Made by a program: the position numbers and the translations under genes
Notes under the pieces: generated by a model
What the model was told of the DNA's origin: nothing
What the model saw: only the letters and a program-made list of their open reading frames with translations
Database searches by the model: none
Part shown: one piece after another, positions 40,026 through 47,696 of the stretch
Position numbering within the stretch: position 1 is the first letter of the stretch
Layout of the letters: each line of letters opens with the position of its first letter
DNA from: Candidatus Peregrinibacteria bacterium GW2011_GWF2_39_17
Lineage (GTDB): Bacteria > Patescibacteriota > Gracilibacteria > UBA1369 > UBA12473
Assembly (NCBI GenBank): GCA_000993615.1
Contig: LBWM01000001.1
Span: 23,970-87,969, forward strand
DNA: 64,000 nt
Reading direction: 5' to 3'

Positions 40026-40102
40026 CGGGATGTAGCGCAGTTGGCTAGCGCGCAGCGTTCGGGTCGCTGAGGTCGGAGGTTCAAGTCCTCTCATCCCGAC
40101 CA
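40026..40102 (+). tRNA. tRNA-Pro(CGG)
   Basis: CGGGATG acceptor, anticodon arm CAGCG-TTCGGGT-CGCTG, GGTTCAAGTCC and CCA. Confidence 0.95.
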
Positions 40103-40163
40103 ATTAACTTTATTTTCTTAGCGCGACTTTGTGGCGGGTTTAAGGCAGTACACTATCGTAATT

Positions 40164-40601
40164 TCATTGTTTGCGTCTTAGGATTTTATAAGCGAGATTC
40201 ATCATTTTTTCATCTTCGATTTGAGTTTGGTGGTCATATCCCAATAAATGCAGTAACCCGTGAATAAAGAGGAAATTTAATTCTTCTTTGAGTGTTTGAT
40301 GTAATTCTTTGGCGTTTTTAGTCGCGGTTTCGACTGATATGAAAATTTGGCCTAAACATGCTGCATCCTTTAGAGCCGTATTACTTATTTCGCGATTAGC
40401 AAAGGACAAAACATCAGTCGGCTTGTTAATTTGACGCGTTTTGAGATTAATTTCTTTCATCTTTTGGTCATCTATAAAGATTAATTCCAGGGTTTTTTCT
40501 GGTATGGAAGGTAAAAATTTAAGGGCGCGTTTAAGTAAGCTGGCCAATTCTTTGTCTGTAAAGTTGCCAGTAGCGTCGTTTATAAATAGTAATTTAAGCA
40601 T
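40164..40601 (-). CDS. ybeY: rRNA maturation endoribonuclease YbeY
   Basis: PTDVLSF, LGQIFIS, HGLLHLLGYDH. Confidence 0.95.
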   Translation of the reverse strand: MLKLLFINDATGNFTDKELASLLKRALKFLPSIPEKTLELIFIDDQKMKEINLKTRQINKPTDVLSFANREISNTALKDAACLGQIFISVETATKNAKELHQTLKEELNFLFIHGLLHLLGYDHQTQIEDEKMMNLAYKILRRKQ

Positions 40602-40732
40602 ATTTAGATCCCTTATTAATTTTAAGACTAGCTCAAAAAAGAGATTTTCGCAAAAAGCCCGATTTTAGAATTCTTTATTTTCTTTTGCTTTAATAATTCA
40701 CCTTAGACAAGAAACAAAAAGTTAGGCTAATT

Positions 40733-40875
40733 TGACTGGACAGTTGTCTAGTCAGGATGTAAAATCTGGATAAATTTGACCGGACAGTGTCCGGTCAAAA
40801 TGCAATTTACAGGTTTAAATTTGTCCGGACAATTCCAAAAAGTTGTCTAGTCAGTGTCTAGTCAGTGTCTAGTCA
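40733..40875. repeat. cluster of eight 10-bp TGWCYRGWCA sites (two inverted pairs, one palindrome, three tandem copies at 11-bp period)
   Basis: TGACTGGACA 40733, TGTCTAGTCA 40745, TGACCGGACA 40777, TGTCCGGTCA 40788, TGTCCGGACA 40822, TGTCTAGTCA 40844/40855/40866. Confidence 0.9.
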
Positions 40876-40899
40876 TTTTCAAAATCACCTTCCTAAATA

Positions 40900-41505
40900 A
40901 TGCTTACAAAAGAATTCACTTTAACTCGCGAAGAAGCCGCAAGGCGTTTAAATATTTCCATTCGAACACTGGATCGCTATATTCGCCGCAATTATTTTAA
41001 TGTAAAAAAGATAGATCGCAGTATTTGGATTTCCAGGCCTTCTTTTGAGAATTACTATGCTAAAAATATTCAGTCGGAATCGCAGGGTAACGATCAATCT
41101 CCTCAAGAGGAAGCCATTATTCCTGTATCTATTTCCCCTTCTTTACATGAGCATTCCTATGAAAAAGATCTAAGTATGGGTTCCTTTTACAAGGAAATCT
41201 ATCAGGAGTTAAAAAATAAGTATGATGAACAGCAAAAGAGGCTTGAGGGCGCTCATTATCGAGTTGGACAACTCGAAGCGCAAATAAAAAGCATGGTGCC
41301 CATGATTGAGTTTAAAAAGGAGCAAAATCGTCTTCTTCTTGTCGCTAAACAGCAGGAAGATGTTGCCAAGGAAGCAAATATTACGGTTAATCGCCTTTCC
41401 CGTCTTTTTAGAAGCGAGCGACTTAACAAGCAAATTTATACGGGGCTGGTTTATTTACTTTTATTCGTTCAAATAGCCTTTTGGGTAATTCTAAAGAGCT
41501 CTTAA
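40900..41505 (+). CDS. MerR/Xis-like HTH + coiled coil + C-terminal TM protein
   Basis: LTREEAARRLNISIRTLDRYIRR, heptad region ELKNKYDEQQKRLEGAHYRVGQLEAQI, TM IYTGLVYLLLFVQIAFWVIL. Confidence 0.85.
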   Translation: MLTKEFTLTREEAARRLNISIRTLDRYIRRNYFNVKKIDRSIWISRPSFENYYAKNIQSESQGNDQSPQEEAIIPVSISPSLHEHSYEKDLSMGSFYKEIYQELKNKYDEQQKRLEGAHYRVGQLEAQIKSMVPMIEFKKEQNRLLLVAKQQEDVAKEANITVNRLSRLFRSERLNKQIYTGLVYLLLFVQIAFWVILKSS

Positions 41506-41537
41506 TAGAAATATTTCTTATTTTTTCGCGCTTAAGA

Positions 41538-43082
41538 CTAGGAGCGCAAATATTCCCTGGTAATTTCAGCGGCCTTACGGATATTATCTGCCGAGGTATT
41601 AACCACTGAAGCCCGAACCGTATTTCTTCGATCACTAGCCTGGCGATCTTTTTCTGAGAAAAATCGATTGGAGGGAATGTAAACCACGCCTCTTTTGGCA
41701 AGTTGTACTAATTTTTCTTCGATGGGGATATGTTGCTTTACTGCTCCCTTAACCTCATTGAGGTCAAAAATAATGTAGTACATGTTTCCCTGATGTGGTA
41801 ATTCTAAAATTTGGCTAAAAATCGACATATTATTTCCTACAGATTCCCTGTATACGCCTCGTTCTTCTTTACCTAAGACAATATGCGCTGCTCCTAGAAT
41901 TTGGGCTGGCCCTGGGACAAAAGTTGTATGCTGAAATTCTCCCAAAATTCCACCCGGTCCCTTGGCTGCCATAAAGAGTTCATTCCAGGTAGTACCGGAT
42001 TTAACGTAGTTTCTAAGGATATTTTCCATAATATATTTTTGCCCTTCTTTCGCTACCATAACATCGCCAAATCTAAGCCCGGTACTGCGTTCAATTTTTG
42101 ATCTGGAATGAATGCGAATAGTTCGTTCTGGACAAATATCAATCATGGTTTTTTTGTCTTTAAAAAAGGAGCTATAAACTTCATCTGTAATAATTAAACT
42201 ATTTTTGCGTTTAGCGAATCCCCCAATAGATCTCAAGGATTCTTCGGACATGGAAAAACCGGTTGGGTTATTAGGATCAATCAGTAAAATGACTTTTATG
42301 TCATGAGGATAATTTATCATTTCCTCGTAGGCATGCGGCGCCATTTTCCCTGTAAAGGAATCAATTTCCAGGGAAAAAACTTCAATGCCACGGCTTTCCA
42401 GGATGCTATTATAAGGAGCGTAAACTGGTGAGGTTATCATGGCTTTGCTATGTGGGAGTAAAAAGCCGATGCCGTCCGCTCCCAGCATTTTAAAAAGATC
42501 GCCAATTGCGTGTGAGGCGCCACTTACAAAAATTAAATCCCGATAGTCAATTGGAGTGGAAATAGCTTTTTTGTGCCACCACGCAACAATAACTCGAATA
42601 ACAGCTTCTCCTAGTGGGTCATGATATGACCCGCCGCTTACCATGGAATATTTGAATAATTCATAAAATACTTTGTAGGGAGAATAATCCAATCCCTGTT
42701 GCTTACCCATTTCAGTTACTTCATGAAGGAAAAATTCAAAGTCATCCAAAAGAGTTTTTGCAATTTCTGGAGTATAGAAATCTTTTGTCGCTTTTTCTAC
42801 TTGGTCTTTTATGCTTAACCATTGATCCGATTTGCTAAAATCAGTCACCACCCGTTGACGCGTATTGTTAAAAACAGTATCGAGAAAAAGTAAATAACTA
42901 ACAAATCGCCTTCCTCGGTCACTGGGAGTAAAGCCATAGCCTGGATCTCCCCTCGAAAGGTCAATTACTGATTCTTCCCCTACGCTTTCCTTCGCAATAT
43001 CTTGCAAGATACGAAAAATTCGGAAAGGATTATTTTCGGCAACAGCAAATCCCCATTCATTATCTGCAAGTCGTAGTGCCAT
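41538..43082 (-). CDS. PLP-dependent class I/II aminotransferase-fold enzyme, aspartate 4-decarboxylase-like
   Basis: LSRGDPG, SPVYAPY, DPNNPTG, ITDEVY, SRSKIERSTGLRFG (PLP Lys), VRASV. Confidence 0.75.
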   Translation of the reverse strand: MALRLADNEWGFAVAENNPFRIFRILQDIAKESVGEESVIDLSRGDPGYGFTPSDRGRRFVSYLLFLDTVFNNTRQRVVTDFSKSDQWLSIKDQVEKATKDFYTPEIAKTLLDDFEFFLHEVTEMGKQQGLDYSPYKVFYELFKYSMVSGGSYHDPLGEAVIRVIVAWWHKKAISTPIDYRDLIFVSGASHAIGDLFKMLGADGIGFLLPHSKAMITSPVYAPYNSILESRGIEVFSLEIDSFTGKMAPHAYEEMINYPHDIKVILLIDPNNPTGFSMSEESLRSIGGFAKRKNSLIITDEVYSSFFKDKKTMIDICPERTIRIHSRSKIERSTGLRFGDVMVAKEGQKYIMENILRNYVKSGTTWNELFMAAKGPGGILGEFQHTTFVPGPAQILGAAHIVLGKEERGVYRESVGNNMSIFSQILELPHQGNMYYIIFDLNEVKGAVKQHIPIEEKLVQLAKRGVVYIPSNRFFSEKDRQASDRRNTVRASVVNTSADNIRKAAEITREYLRS

Positions 43083-43150
43083 AAAATTTTTGTTAATTAA
43101 GAGCCTAAAACTTCATTTACTATACTTTAGAAGGAATAGTGCTCGCAACC

Positions 43151-43636
43151 CTAAAATAGGAGCCATCTTCTCTTCTTTTTAGGGGCATCTAATCTTTTAA
43201 TTTGGTCTTCCAAAATTAAAATCCTCTTCTGAAACATTTCCAAAAGTTCAAAAAGTCGAGCTTTATCATCACGGTGTTGTTGAATTAGCTGGGTAATAAC
43301 CGCAGCTTGGAAATTATTAGCAGCTTGTTGCGAGGCCGAAGCAGATGGCGGAGGGGTAATGGGGTTAGGCCTGGGTATTTCTTCTATTTGTGGTGTATCA
43401 GGGTCAAAGGACTCCACTAATTCAATATCATCGTTTGGGAAATCTTCATCGGTTTCCTCAATTTCTTCAAAGTATTGTTGCAAGTTATTTTTTTCTACCA
43501 AATAGGTAAAACCTTGCGGCGTTTTATACTTGCGGTAGCGAACTTTATTTCCCTTGATAAGCCGGCGAATAGTCTGAGGTGACTTATTTACCATTAAAGA
43601 AGCGTCTTGTAGGCTTATATATTGACTTTTTAGCAT
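43151..43636 (-). CDS. MerR/Xis-like HTH + acidic/Pro linker + coiled coil + basic-aromatic C-terminal tail
   Basis: ISLQDASLMVNKSPQTIRRLIKGNK, LFELLEMFQKRILILEDQIKRL, ends KKKRRWLLF. Confidence 0.82.
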   Translation of the reverse strand: MLKSQYISLQDASLMVNKSPQTIRRLIKGNKVRYRKYKTPQGFTYLVEKNNLQQYFEEIEETDEDFPNDDIELVESFDPDTPQIEEIPRPNPITPPPSASASQQAANNFQAAVITQLIQQHRDDKARLFELLEMFQKRILILEDQIKRLDAPKKKRRWLLF

Positions 43637-43654
43637 GTTGATTACCCAAAAAAA

Positions 43655-43701
43655 GTTGGTTAGTCAACACGATTAATAGCGCAGTTTGTTTGACTAATCA
43701 A
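43655..43701. promoter_or_regulatory. two TGRYTARTCA quasi-palindromes upstream of the second HTH gene
   Basis: GTTGGTTAGTCAAC 43655-43668 and TTGACTAATCAA 43690-43701. Confidence 0.65.
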
Positions 43702-43784
43702 GTTGCTTTTAACGAATAACATAAGCCAAAAAACCTTAAAGCAACTTTAAATTAAGTAGATAATGATGTTTTTACCGAAGCTTC

Positions 43785-43859
43785 TGGTGGGTCAGGTGAG
43801 GATTGAACTCACGACAGTCGGCTTAAAAGGCCGCCGCTCTACCACTGAGCTACTGACCC
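43785..43859 (-). tRNA. tRNA-Lys(TTT)
   Basis: Minus strand GGGTCAG-TAGCTCAGTGGTAGAGC...CGGC-CTTTTAA-GCCG...GTTCAATC...CTGACCC-ACCA. Confidence 0.93.
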
Positions 43860-43935
43860 GCAACACCCGACAATTTAATACAGATTACTTCTTTCCGCAA
43901 AGAAAAAAATTGATTTCCTGAATATTTTGGCTATA

Positions 43936-43976
43936 ATAAGCCACACTAACCTTTTTTATTTCTTTTAACAAAATAA
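43936..43976 (+). repeat. 41-bp direct repeat, copy 1 (leader of ORF 43978)
   Basis: ATAAGCCACACTAACCTTTTTTATTTCTTTTAACAAAATAA, identical to 44547-44587. Confidence 0.95.
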
Positions 43977-43977
43977 T

Positions 43978-44526
43978 ATGGATGAAGTTATAGGTGGCGC
44001 TAGGGATGGGGGACAGGAATTAGTTCCAAATGCTGATTTAATCGTAATAATTGAGGCAATCAAGGGGGTGAATGATGTTTTGGTGTCTGCTATAGAGGCA
44101 TTGCGAGCTTATATGGCTACTCATAGAGAGAATGACGCTCAGTATATTTCCGGGTTATCTATTTCGTCGTCCGTCGTAAATATCCAGCGGTTAATTTTGG
44201 GTTTTCCTAAGGGTGCAACAGTTAATGTTAAGCAAATGGAGGATTTTTTTAGTGAATATAGAAAGATGTGTGAGTTATTGTTCGCTTTTAACGAATACGA
44301 TGTTTTCGGGACGAGGGCATGGGCAGAAACTTTGTATGGATTATTGTTTAGTATAAGATGGTATATCAAAATACCAGAAAGCCCATCATTAAGTGCTGCT
44401 TTGGTTGACTTAGATAGTTATTTGCGTGGATATAAATTTAGTTTGGATGAGTCAAATCTCGGGACAAGATTATTAACAACATTTGATAGGGATGTTGATT
44501 TTAATAATTTTGGTGATTTAACCTAA
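43978..44526 (+). CDS. hypothetical protein (orphan)
   Basis: 182-aa ORF with TTGATT-N16-TATAAT upstream (43910-43937). Confidence 0.7.
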   Translation: MDEVIGGARDGGQELVPNADLIVIIEAIKGVNDVLVSAIEALRAYMATHRENDAQYISGLSISSSVVNIQRLILGFPKGATVNVKQMEDFFSEYRKMCELLFAFNEYDVFGTRAWAETLYGLLFSIRWYIKIPESPSLSAALVDLDSYLRGYKFSLDESNLGTRLLTTFDRDVDFNNFGDLT

Positions 44527-44546
44527 ATCCGTAATTTTGGCTTAAT

Positions 44547-44587
44547 ATAAGCCACACTAACCTTTTTTATTTCTTTTAACAAAATAA
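44547..44587 (+). repeat. 41-bp direct repeat, copy 2 (leader of ORF 44590)
   Basis: Identical to 43936-43976. Confidence 0.95.
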
Positions 44588-44589
44588 CC

Positions 44590-44790
44590 ATGGCCACAGA
44601 ATTAAATGCACCAGATATTGACACCGAACCAGGAGTAGCCCAAAAGCCGCGCAGGGAAGAAAGCGATACTGTGGATCAAGCAGTAGATGATGCTTGGAAT
44701 AAATTACAGGCAGCGCGAGCCAAAAGAGAGGCAGATGAAAAAGCGTGCCAGGGGGTTGACCCATTTTCCCCGAGAGGTATGGATTTTTAA
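44590..44790 (+). CDS. small acidic hypothetical protein
   Basis: ATG directly after the duplicated leader (MATELNAPDIDTEP...). Confidence 0.65.
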   Translation: MATELNAPDIDTEPGVAQKPRREESDTVDQAVDDAWNKLQAARAKREADEKACQGVDPFSPRGMDF

Positions 44791-44819
44791 CAAAATTTCA
44801 CTTCAAAAGGTAACGCAAT

Positions 44820-45380
44820 CTAATTTTCTTCTTGTCTCCCCTCCCAAAAACTTACCCCCACAAAAGCAATAGCTGGCAGGGAAAACCATAAATTGTAGTT
44901 TTGAATCATTAGCTGCACCAAATAAGAAGTGGGCGCGAAGGAATTTGCCACATCTATTTGACTTGCGCCAAGTAAAGAAAGACCGGAAACATAAAGCAAA
45001 AGGGTGCTGACAATTAGCCCCGCATTCAGGGTTCCAAAAAGTAAAATCATAAGCAGTTTCATTAGTGTTCCTTGGTCACGTTCAATAGAAACCGTAAATC
45101 CTCCGCGTACCGCAATAATCACGATAACCAAAATAAAAAATATAATTTTACCAATAATTAAAATTTCTTCGGAATTGGTTCCGGCTAAAAGGCTAAGAAT
45201 GGGCTTTTCTCCGCCTAAGTATTGTTGGGCTAAATTTCCCAGGCCATCGGCTGTCAACATGGCGATGTAGGCTGCAATGATGTTTTTAATAGTAGCGTCT
45301 CGTCCAATAATAAAGCTGTAGGCAATAATAATTGCGAAAAACAAAATAATCACTAAATCCCATGATAAGGAAATATTCAT
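44820..45380 (-). CDS. multi-pass membrane protein (CvpA-like N-terminus)
   Basis: WDLVIILFFAIIIAYSFIIG and 4-5 TM segments. Confidence 0.7.
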   Translation of the reverse strand: MNISLSWDLVIILFFAIIIAYSFIIGRDATIKNIIAAYIAMLTADGLGNLAQQYLGGEKPILSLLAGTNSEEILIIGKIIFFILVIVIIAVRGGFTVSIERDQGTLMKLLMILLFGTLNAGLIVSTLLLYVSGLSLLGASQIDVANSFAPTSYLVQLMIQNYNLWFSLPAIAFVGVSFWEGRQEEN

Positions 45381-45445
45381 GAAATTATCCTAGTTTAAAT
45401 CTGATTTACTGGCAAGTATCCTTTTATTAATATTTACAAAGTCAG

Positions 45446-46573
45446 CTATTTTATTATTTTCGACAGCAGCCCCTCGTCACCATGGATATCGAGTCCAGCC
45501 TCTTTGGCTAATTGGTGATAAAGTTCCTTTTCTTTACGGCTCACCTTGCCTGGAATATTAATTTGAATTTTTACCTGATGATCACCTTGATTTTGCCCTC
45601 TGATAGAGCGCACTCCATGATCCTTTATCTTAAATATTTGACCATGTTGCGTTCCGGTCGGCATTTTTAATTTAACCTTACCATGCACTGTTTCAACTTG
45701 AATTTCATCCCCCAAAATCGCCTGAAGTACGTGAATCGTTATTGTTGAGTAAATGGTATTACCCTGGCGCTGAAATCGCGGATGGCTTGCAATGCTAAGA
45801 TGAAGATAAAGATCACCATGATTTCCGCCCATTATACCGGCTTCGCCTTTCCCGTTAATCCTTATTGTGGAGCCATTTTCAACACCACCTGGAATTTTAA
45901 CCGTTACAATACCTTTTTGGCGGACGCGCATCTGGCCGTGACATTGCGTGCATTTTTTCTCTGGAATTTGCCCAGCTCCTTGGCAGGCTTGACACGGATG
46001 AACAGTTTGGATATTCCCTAATAAAGTTTGGCGAATAGCGCGAATTTGGCCAGTTCCTTTGCATTCTTGGCAAGTAATTATTTTAGTCCCAGGCTCATTG
46101 CCATGACCGGAACAGTGCGGACAAGTTTCAGCCTTGGTTGTTTCTAGGGTTTTTTCAGTACCAAAGATAGCTTCTTCAAATGTTAAGTTAAGGACGCTTT
46201 CAATATCATTTCCCTTGATGGGGCCGCGTTTTTTGGTTCTGGTTTCCCTTTGTGCTGATCCGCCGAAAAATGATTCAAAAATATCCGCAAAACCTTCAAA
46301 TCCAGAAGGATCAAAGCCTGAAAAGCCTCCTTCACCCGGAAACCCCCCATTATTCCCTCCGGTTGAGCCAAATTGATCATATTGCTTGCGTTTCTTGGGA
46401 TCAGATAAAACTTCATAGGCAAAATTTATTTCCTTGAATCTGTCATCGGATTCAGAATTGTTTTTGTTAACATCCGGGTGATATTTTTGCGCCAATTTAC
46501 GATAAGCGCGCTTAATATCAAGCTCATTTGCCCCTTTCTGCACTCCTAAAATGGCATATAAGTCTTTATTCAT
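45446..46573 (-). CDS. dnaJ: chaperone DnaJ
   Basis: J domain with HPD, G/F-rich region and four CxxCxGxG-type repeats. Confidence 0.97.
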   Translation of the reverse strand: MNKDLYAILGVQKGANELDIKRAYRKLAQKYHPDVNKNNSESDDRFKEINFAYEVLSDPKKRKQYDQFGSTGGNNGGFPGEGGFSGFDPSGFEGFADIFESFFGGSAQRETRTKKRGPIKGNDIESVLNLTFEEAIFGTEKTLETTKAETCPHCSGHGNEPGTKIITCQECKGTGQIRAIRQTLLGNIQTVHPCQACQGAGQIPEKKCTQCHGQMRVRQKGIVTVKIPGGVENGSTIRINGKGEAGIMGGNHGDLYLHLSIASHPRFQRQGNTIYSTITIHVLQAILGDEIQVETVHGKVKLKMPTGTQHGQIFKIKDHGVRSIRGQNQGDHQVKIQINIPGKVSRKEKELYHQLAKEAGLDIHGDEGLLSKIIK

Positions 46574-46778
46574 TGGTTTGATTTTATCAGAAAAGCGTAA
46601 AATTCAATAGCTCTAATAAAAATACAAAAGGGAAATATGTAAATTAAATTTAAGGTAAGCTTAAAAAGTTGGTGTTTTTGGCATAAGAAAGGGAAGAAAG
46701 GCACTAGTAAAGCTATGATCGTTGTTGTTTTAGGAATATCTAAGTTAAAGCTCTTTAAATAAAGGTAAAATAGTATTT

Positions 46779-47120
46779 TGATTAGTCGGAATTTTTGATT
46801 AGTTAATTAAAAAAAAGGAGTGATAAGGCGATTAGCTAATTAATGATTTTTGTGGAGATAATTTTCTAGATTTTATTATAAAAATGATAAGCCGAAATTT
46901 GGCTTCAATAAGGTATTTGTAAGTTACCGGGTAACAGAAATATTTATTTAAAATAGTATGTTGGTTAATCAACATATGTTTAAAAGATGTTCAAAAAATG
47001 TTGATAAGTCGATTTTATAATTTTGCGTAAATTTTATTAAATTGATATTACAATTTATGGCTTCATAAAGCCACAAAAAGTTGTTGACTAGTTGACTAGT
47101 TAACACATTTTGATTAGTCA
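46779..47120. repeat. cluster of about seven TGAYTAGTYR-like sites in an AT-rich intergenic region
   Basis: TGATTAGTCG 46779, TGATTAGTTA 46796, TGGTTAATCA 46962, TGATAAGTCG 47002, TGACTAGTTG 47085, TGACTAGTTA 47093, TGATTAGTCA 47111. Confidence 0.7.
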
Positions 47121-47333
47121 ACATATGCACAAAAAACGTTTTTAGATGGCTAGATTTGGCTTATTACTGCGAAAAAGGGTTGAAATGTTTTTCGGAATAC
47201 TATAAGGTTGGCAAAGTTATATATTCATGTCTTCCGACAGGGACTACTCGAAGCTCTGATCCTGTCCGGGTTTAGTGGGGGGGGTATAGAAAGTATATAG
47301 GTGTAGGGTGGCCTGTGGTGGTGAAGGGACTGG

Positions 47334-47409
47334 GGTCCCATCGTCTAGTGGTCTAGGACACCACCCTCTCACGGTGGAGACACGGGTTCGACTCCCGTTG
47401 GGACTACCA
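47334..47409 (+). tRNA. tRNA-Glu(CTC)
   Basis: GGTCCCA/TGGGACT acceptor, anticodon arm CCACC-CTCTCAC-GGTGG, GGTTCGACTCC and CCA. Confidence 0.95.
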
Positions 47410-47696
47410 AAAAAGCATAAAAAAATATTCTGTCACGCTAAAGGGTGAAATGAAAATGGTAATGATGTAGTTATGAGTTGATAGAAAGCCCGAAATGGGT
47501 AAGTGCTATATGTTCCTTGAAAATTAGGTAAACCAAGAGTTCGATGGGGCACCAGGTCCATCGTGATAAATATGTGTAAAAGGGAATAAATTACCTTCCT
47601 TATATATAGGGACCAAATTTATTCTAAGAATCGAAATGTTTTAGTTTTCAATAATTTATTTCTAATTAAAATTTTATCCTTAACTTTTTTACCTCT

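Noticed and set aside
17346..40107. Possible integrative element bounded by near-identical tRNA-Pro 3' ends and containing a tyrosine recombinase and a VirB4-like ATPase
   Set aside because: Both ends are complete tRNAs with different anticodons. The interior holds core genes (nrdR, dgt, ftsE, purM, dprA), the recombinase looks like chromosomal Xer, and there is no relaxase.
40733..40875. Repeat cluster as a CRISPR array
   Set aside because: Units are 10-11 bp, in mixed orientation and without unique spacers of regular length. No cas genes are in the window.
46574..47333. oriC call
   Set aside because: No perfect TTATCCACA box was seen, only one 1-mismatch 9-mer, and there is no dnaA or dnaN nearby. 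Kept only as an alternative to test.
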